DNA of 35,068 nucleotides from an uncultured Elusimicrobiaceae bacterium (lineage in GTDB: Bacteria > Elusimicrobiota > Elusimicrobia > Elusimicrobiales > Elusimicrobiaceae), in the NCBI GenBank assembly GCA_964411485.1, contig CAYPLD010000001.1, forward strand, positions 1 to 35,068. The letters run 5' to 3'. The position numbers and the translations under genes were made by a program. Below the pieces are notes generated by a model that was given only the letters and a program-made list of their open reading frames with translations, did no database searches and was not told where the DNA came from. Positions 33,798 through 35,068 of the stretch are shown here, in pieces. Each line of letters opens with the position of its first letter. The stretch's first letter is position 1.

Positions 33798-33892
33798 GCT
33801 GAATTTTAATTTTTTTACGACGACTAGTACGAGTGTAACGGACGAGCATAGCGAGTTCAAGTACTTTAGGAGTAAAAAAATTAAAATTCAGC
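33798..33892. repeat. Perfect 21-bp inverted repeat with a 53-nt GC-richer core, ending 2 nt before the ychF SD
   Basis: GCTGAATTTTAATTTTTTTAC (33798-33818) and GTAAAAAAATTAAAATTCAGC (33872-33892) are exact reverse complements. The core adds CTAGTAC/GTAC..TAG pairing. The AAGGAG SD is at 33895-33900 and the ATG at 33909. Confidence 0.85.
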
Positions 33893-33908
33893 CGAAAGGA
33901 GAAGGAAA

Positions 33909-34982
33909 ATGAGAGTTGGAATAGTTGGGCTTCCTAATGTTGGGAAGTCATCTTTATTTAATGCTTTAACAAAAGCAGGTGCACAAAGTAGTAATTATCC
34001 GTTTACTACCATCGATCCGAACGTCGGTATGGTAGCAGTTCCAGATAAACGGCTCGATAGACTATTCGAAATTTTTAAGCCACCGAAACAAACCCCATCA
34101 TTGATAAAATTCGTCGATATCGCTGGACTTGTCAAAGGAGCAAGTAAGGGCGAGGGGCTTGGTAATAAATTTTTAGCTAATATCCGTGAAGTTGATGTGA
34201 TAGTGCATGTGATTCGTATATTTGAAGATTCAAATGTCACGCATGTGATGAATACTATTGATCCAGTTCGTGATGCAGAAATTATCGAAACGGAATTGAT
34301 GCTTTCAGATTTAGAAACTGCTGATAGAATGATAGAAAAACAGGAATCATTATGTAAAACTGGCGAAAAAACTGCTGTTGCTCGACTTGAAATTTTACAA
34401 AAAATCAAAAAAACTTTAGAAAGCGGGAAACCGGCAAGTGTTTTGAATTTGTCTGATGAAGGAAAAATCGATCTGCATTTTTTGACTTTGAAACCGATAC
34501 TATATGTCGGGAATAATGCAGAAAAACCGAACAAAGAGTATGCGGATAATTTGCAGGCATATGCAAAGTCAAAAAATGCAGAGTTTGTAGATATTTGCAT
34601 AAAGTTGGAAGAAGAAATTGCAGGTTTAGAAGATGACGAAAAGCATTTATTTTTAGCAGAGCTTGGTAGCGATTATACAGGTCTAGAAAAAATCGTTTTG
34701 GCAAGTAAAAAACTTTTGGGTTTGGCGACATTTTTCACCGTTGGTGAGGATACCGAAGTAAGAAGTTGGATATTCGAAGCAGGCTCATCAGTACCGGTTG
34801 CGGCGGGAAAAATTCATACTGATATTGAACGCGGGTTTATCCGAGCAGAAGTTTACACTTTTGATGATATAAACAAATATGAAACCGAAAAAGTTTTGAA
34901 AGAAAAGGGATTAATTCGTTCTGAAGGCAAGGATTATATAGTCAAAGATGGCGACATCTGTTTCTTCAAATTTAATGTCTAA
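33909..34982 (+). CDS. ychF: Ribosome-binding ATPase YchF
   Basis: GIVGLPNVGKSSLFNALT P-loop, DIAGLVKGAS, and a C-terminal TGS-like block (GFIRAEV...EGKDYIVKDGDI..FKFN). Confidence 0.95.
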   Translation: MRVGIVGLPNVGKSSLFNALTKAGAQSSNYPFTTIDPNVGMVAVPDKRLDRLFEIFKPPKQTPSLIKFVDIAGLVKGASKGEGLGNKFLANIREVDVIVHVIRIFEDSNVTHVMNTIDPVRDAEIIETELMLSDLETADRMIEKQESLCKTGEKTAVARLEILQKIKKTLESGKPASVLNLSDEGKIDLHFLTLKPILYVGNNAEKPNKEYADNLQAYAKSKNAEFVDICIKLEEEIAGLEDDEKHLFLAELGSDYTGLEKIVLASKKLLGLATFFTVGEDTEVRSWIFEAGSSVPVAAGKIHTDIERGFIRAEVYTFDDINKYETEKVLKEKGLIRSEGKDYIVKDGDICFFKFNV

Positions 34983-34989
34983 AAACAAA

Positions 34990-35065
34990 TTGTCATCCTG
35001 AACTTGTTTCAGGATCTTATAGAAAGATGTTGAAAAAGACCCTGAAACAAGTTCAGGGCGACAAA
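34990..35065. repeat. Pair of inverted 28-nt palindromic repeats downstream of ychF (may be truncated by the window end)
   Basis: TTGTCATCCTGAACTTGTTTCAGGATCT (34990-35017) versus the reverse complement of AGACCCTGAAACAAGTTCAGGGCGACAA (35038-35065) gives 25 of 28 identical. Each arm is itself a hairpin of 7-8 bp. Confidence 0.8.
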
Positions 35066-35068
35066 GTC

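Noticed and set aside
1-35068. A hidden defence, toxin-antitoxin, secretion or biosynthetic system
   Set aside because: Every ORF over 60 aa on the coding strands has a plausible housekeeping or envelope assignment, apart from three small or uncharacterised proteins that are not adjacent to one another. I saw no nuclease, ATPase, methylase, integrase or phage hallmarks, and I will not assert a system the sequence does not support.

Overview
AT-rich (about one-third G+C by eye) bacterial chromosomal segment, almost entirely housekeeping and densely coding. On the + strand, the distal spc/alpha ribosomal-protein cluster (rplO-secY-adk-map-infA-rpmJ-rpsM-rpsK-rpsD-rpoA-rplQ) runs without a terminator into mreB. 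After a strong terminator comes a ~12.5 kb tightly packed co-directional string: mreC-mreD-mrdA-rodA, a DUF2344-like gene, RNase G, an AMIN-domain amidase, an LplA-like ligase, an HExxH membrane protein, an AsmA-like protein and a PyrE-like PRTase. AsmA and AMIN suggest a diderm organism. On the - strand are a GH57 glucan enzyme with a DUF4912-like partner, birA-oadG-oadA-oadB (Na+-pumping biotin decarboxylase), thrC and glgP-trmL. Also on the + strand are an orphan secreted protein, a YihY-family protein and ychF. I found no rRNA, tRNA, CRISPR array, transposase, integrase, or recognisable defence, toxin or phage genes. I cannot support a novel multi-gene system here. The unexplained signal is non-coding. 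(1) A family of intercistronic elements looks like copies of the rplO-3'end/secY-leader junction, reused in front of rpsK, rpmJ and partly oadA. (2) Several families of GC-rich palindromic repeats fill nearly every spacer over 100 bp, including a 414-bp repeat-dense spacer, a 41-bp tandem repeat, an oadA-oadB spacer with pseudoknot-type interleaved complementarity, and a perfect 21-bp inverted repeat beside the ychF RBS. All alignments and pairings were done by hand. Family assignments rest on remembered motifs, not searches.
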